From: a virus
Lineage: Duplodnaviria; Heunggongvirae; Uroviricota; Caudoviricetes
IMG/VR virus record: IMGVR_UViG_2529292829_000006
DNA length: 16,346 nt
Direction: 5' to 3' (one strand)
This document shows positions 15,282 through 16,346 of this stretch, one piece after another. The notes beneath the pieces were generated by a model. That model was given only the letters and a program-made list of their open reading frames with translations. It was not told the origin of the DNA and did no database searches. A program made the position numbers and the translations under genes. Every line of letters begins with the position of its first letter. The first letter of the stretch is position 1.

Positions 15282-16254
15282 GTTTGAGGATATTAATTTT
15301 AGCGAAGAATATCTTCAGGTATATTGTATTATGGCTGGACACAATGGCTTTGTCTTTGTTGAAGGTCTAAAAGACATTTCTTTCTGGGAAGGCTTATTAA
15401 ACGATAAAGATAATGATATACGTTTTGATATTTGTAACCCTACCAATAAAGGAACAAAAGGGAAACCAGTATTAAAAAAATTCATGAGCCGAGCAAATCG
15501 ATATGCCATATTTGCAATGGATAGTGATTTTGATTATTTATGCCCTAAAAACAGTACAGACTCAGAGATAATTTGCAGTAACAAGTTTATTTTTCAAACA
15601 TTTGTATATTCAAAAGAGAGCATCGAGTTACACCATGAAGTCCTTGAGTATTGTCTTTCTCAAATAAAGATCGCTACTGAAATTAAATTCGATTTTACAG
15701 CATACATTACAGAGTATTCACGGTTGATCTACCCCGTGCTGAAGAAATTTTTATTGCTTAAACAGCATCAAGTTAGACTTGATGACTCAGTTTTCCATGA
15801 AGCGATTGCTCCTTCTGTGCCACGATTAACGAACCAATTTGTTATCAAAAATGCTGTATTTGAAAGTATGCAGCAATCTAAAGCGGTTATTGAAGAAAAA
15901 CTTGATAACCTTATTCAAGATGAATACGATGCTGATAAATTCTATGAGCAGTTATATGATAAAGGATTGAGAGAAGATAACGCCTATCAATATATCAATG
16001 GTCATTTTTTAGCTGATAGAGTTGTCATGCCTGTCATAAAATCATTGATAGAGCAATTGAATATTAATGAAACTGCCTTAATAGTCAAACAATGCAAAGA
16101 TAAACCAACCTTAATCTCGGAAAGAAAGAGTGAGCTAAAAAATATTCTTGAAACTGATTTGAATATTAATACGCTATTACACTGTTGCAAAGAAAAGTTC
16201 AAAACTCCTTGTGCTATTGCGATCAAAGAAAATGTAGCTCGAGCTTTAGCATGA
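15274..16254 (+). CDS. TOPRIM-like (DUF4435-type) putative nuclease, OLD/AriB-like effector candidate
   Basis: 8-nt overlap with the ATPase gene (ATGACTGA); N-terminal FVFVEGLKD (conserved Glu) and AIFAMDSDFDY (DxD) in TOPRIM-like spacing; AT-rich. Confidence 0.75.
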   Translation: MTEFEDINFSEEYLQVYCIMAGHNGFVFVEGLKDISFWEGLLNDKDNDIRFDICNPTNKGTKGKPVLKKFMSRANRYAIFAMDSDFDYLCPKNSTDSEIICSNKFIFQTFVYSKESIELHHEVLEYCLSQIKIATEIKFDFTAYITEYSRLIYPVLKKFLLLKQHQVRLDDSVFHEAIAPSVPRLTNQFVIKNAVFESMQQSKAVIEEKLDNLIQDEYDADKFYEQLYDKGLREDNAYQYINGHFLADRVVMPVIKSLIEQLNINETALIVKQCKDKPTLISERKSELKNILETDLNINTLLHCCKEKFKTPCAIAIKENVARALA

Positions 16255-16261
16255 CAATGGA

Positions 16262-16292
16262 AAATAAAAAACCTCATGCCCTTGGGGTTTTT
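16262..16292 (+). terminator. putative terminator (AAAAAACC ... GGTTTTTTT around GCCCTTGGGG)
   Basis: Weak A/T-rich stem with T-tract directly after the TOPRIM-like gene. Confidence 0.35.
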
Positions 16293-16346
16293 TTGCTAAT
16301 TAATTCTGTTCTAACAGAAGGTTATGATAAAACTTTTAAACTGTAG

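Larger units (their letters stand above)
1445..16346 (+). mobile_element. tRNA-integrated satellite-type genomic island (P4-like / PICI-like), left junction at thrW; right end beyond window
   Basis: Integrase immediately after the tRNA 3' end, then AlpA, primase/helicase and iteron ori in one orientation; AT-rich cargo genes; no copy of the tRNA 3' end found further downstream in the window. Confidence 0.8.

Noticed and set aside
14286-16254. Assignment of the ATPase pair to Gabija or Septu
   Set aside because: No helicase partner (GajB-like) and no HNH motif in the second gene; the second protein shows a Glu plus DxD TOPRIM-like pattern, pointing to the OLD/PARIS-type architecture instead.
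1611-16346. Classical P4 late/size-determination genes (Psu, Sid, Delta/Ogr zinc finger)
   Set aside because: No ORF in the window shows the Ogr/Delta Cys4 zinc-finger pattern or recognisable Sid/Psu features; the element is better described as PICI-like, or these genes lie beyond the window.

Overview
The window opens in conserved enterobacterial core: a complete proA (1..1254) followed by tRNA-Thr(CGU), thrW-like (1369..1444). Directly after the tRNA begins an integrative satellite-type element that runs past the window end (no attR seen), resembling a P4-like / phage-inducible chromosomal island. Its backbone is a P4-type tyrosine integrase, an AlpA-family regulator, an antirepressor-like protein, a chain of translationally coupled small genes, a P4-alpha-family primase/helicase, an iteron-type origin, ProQ/FinO-like and PerC-like proteins, and an HTH protein beside a repeat array (packaging-site candidate). 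No P4 Psu/Sid/Delta-like proteins were recognised. Three AT-rich cargo islets sit on this backbone: an orphan gene next to int (2954..3751), a lipoprotein plus small membrane protein pair (10810..12340), and a 3' two-gene ABC-ATPase + TOPRIM-like pair (14286..16254). The last is the strongest candidate for an anti-phage system, of the OLD/PARIS architectural type, but it may be a distinct variant. All calls rest on motif-level reading of the supplied translations; no database searches were run.
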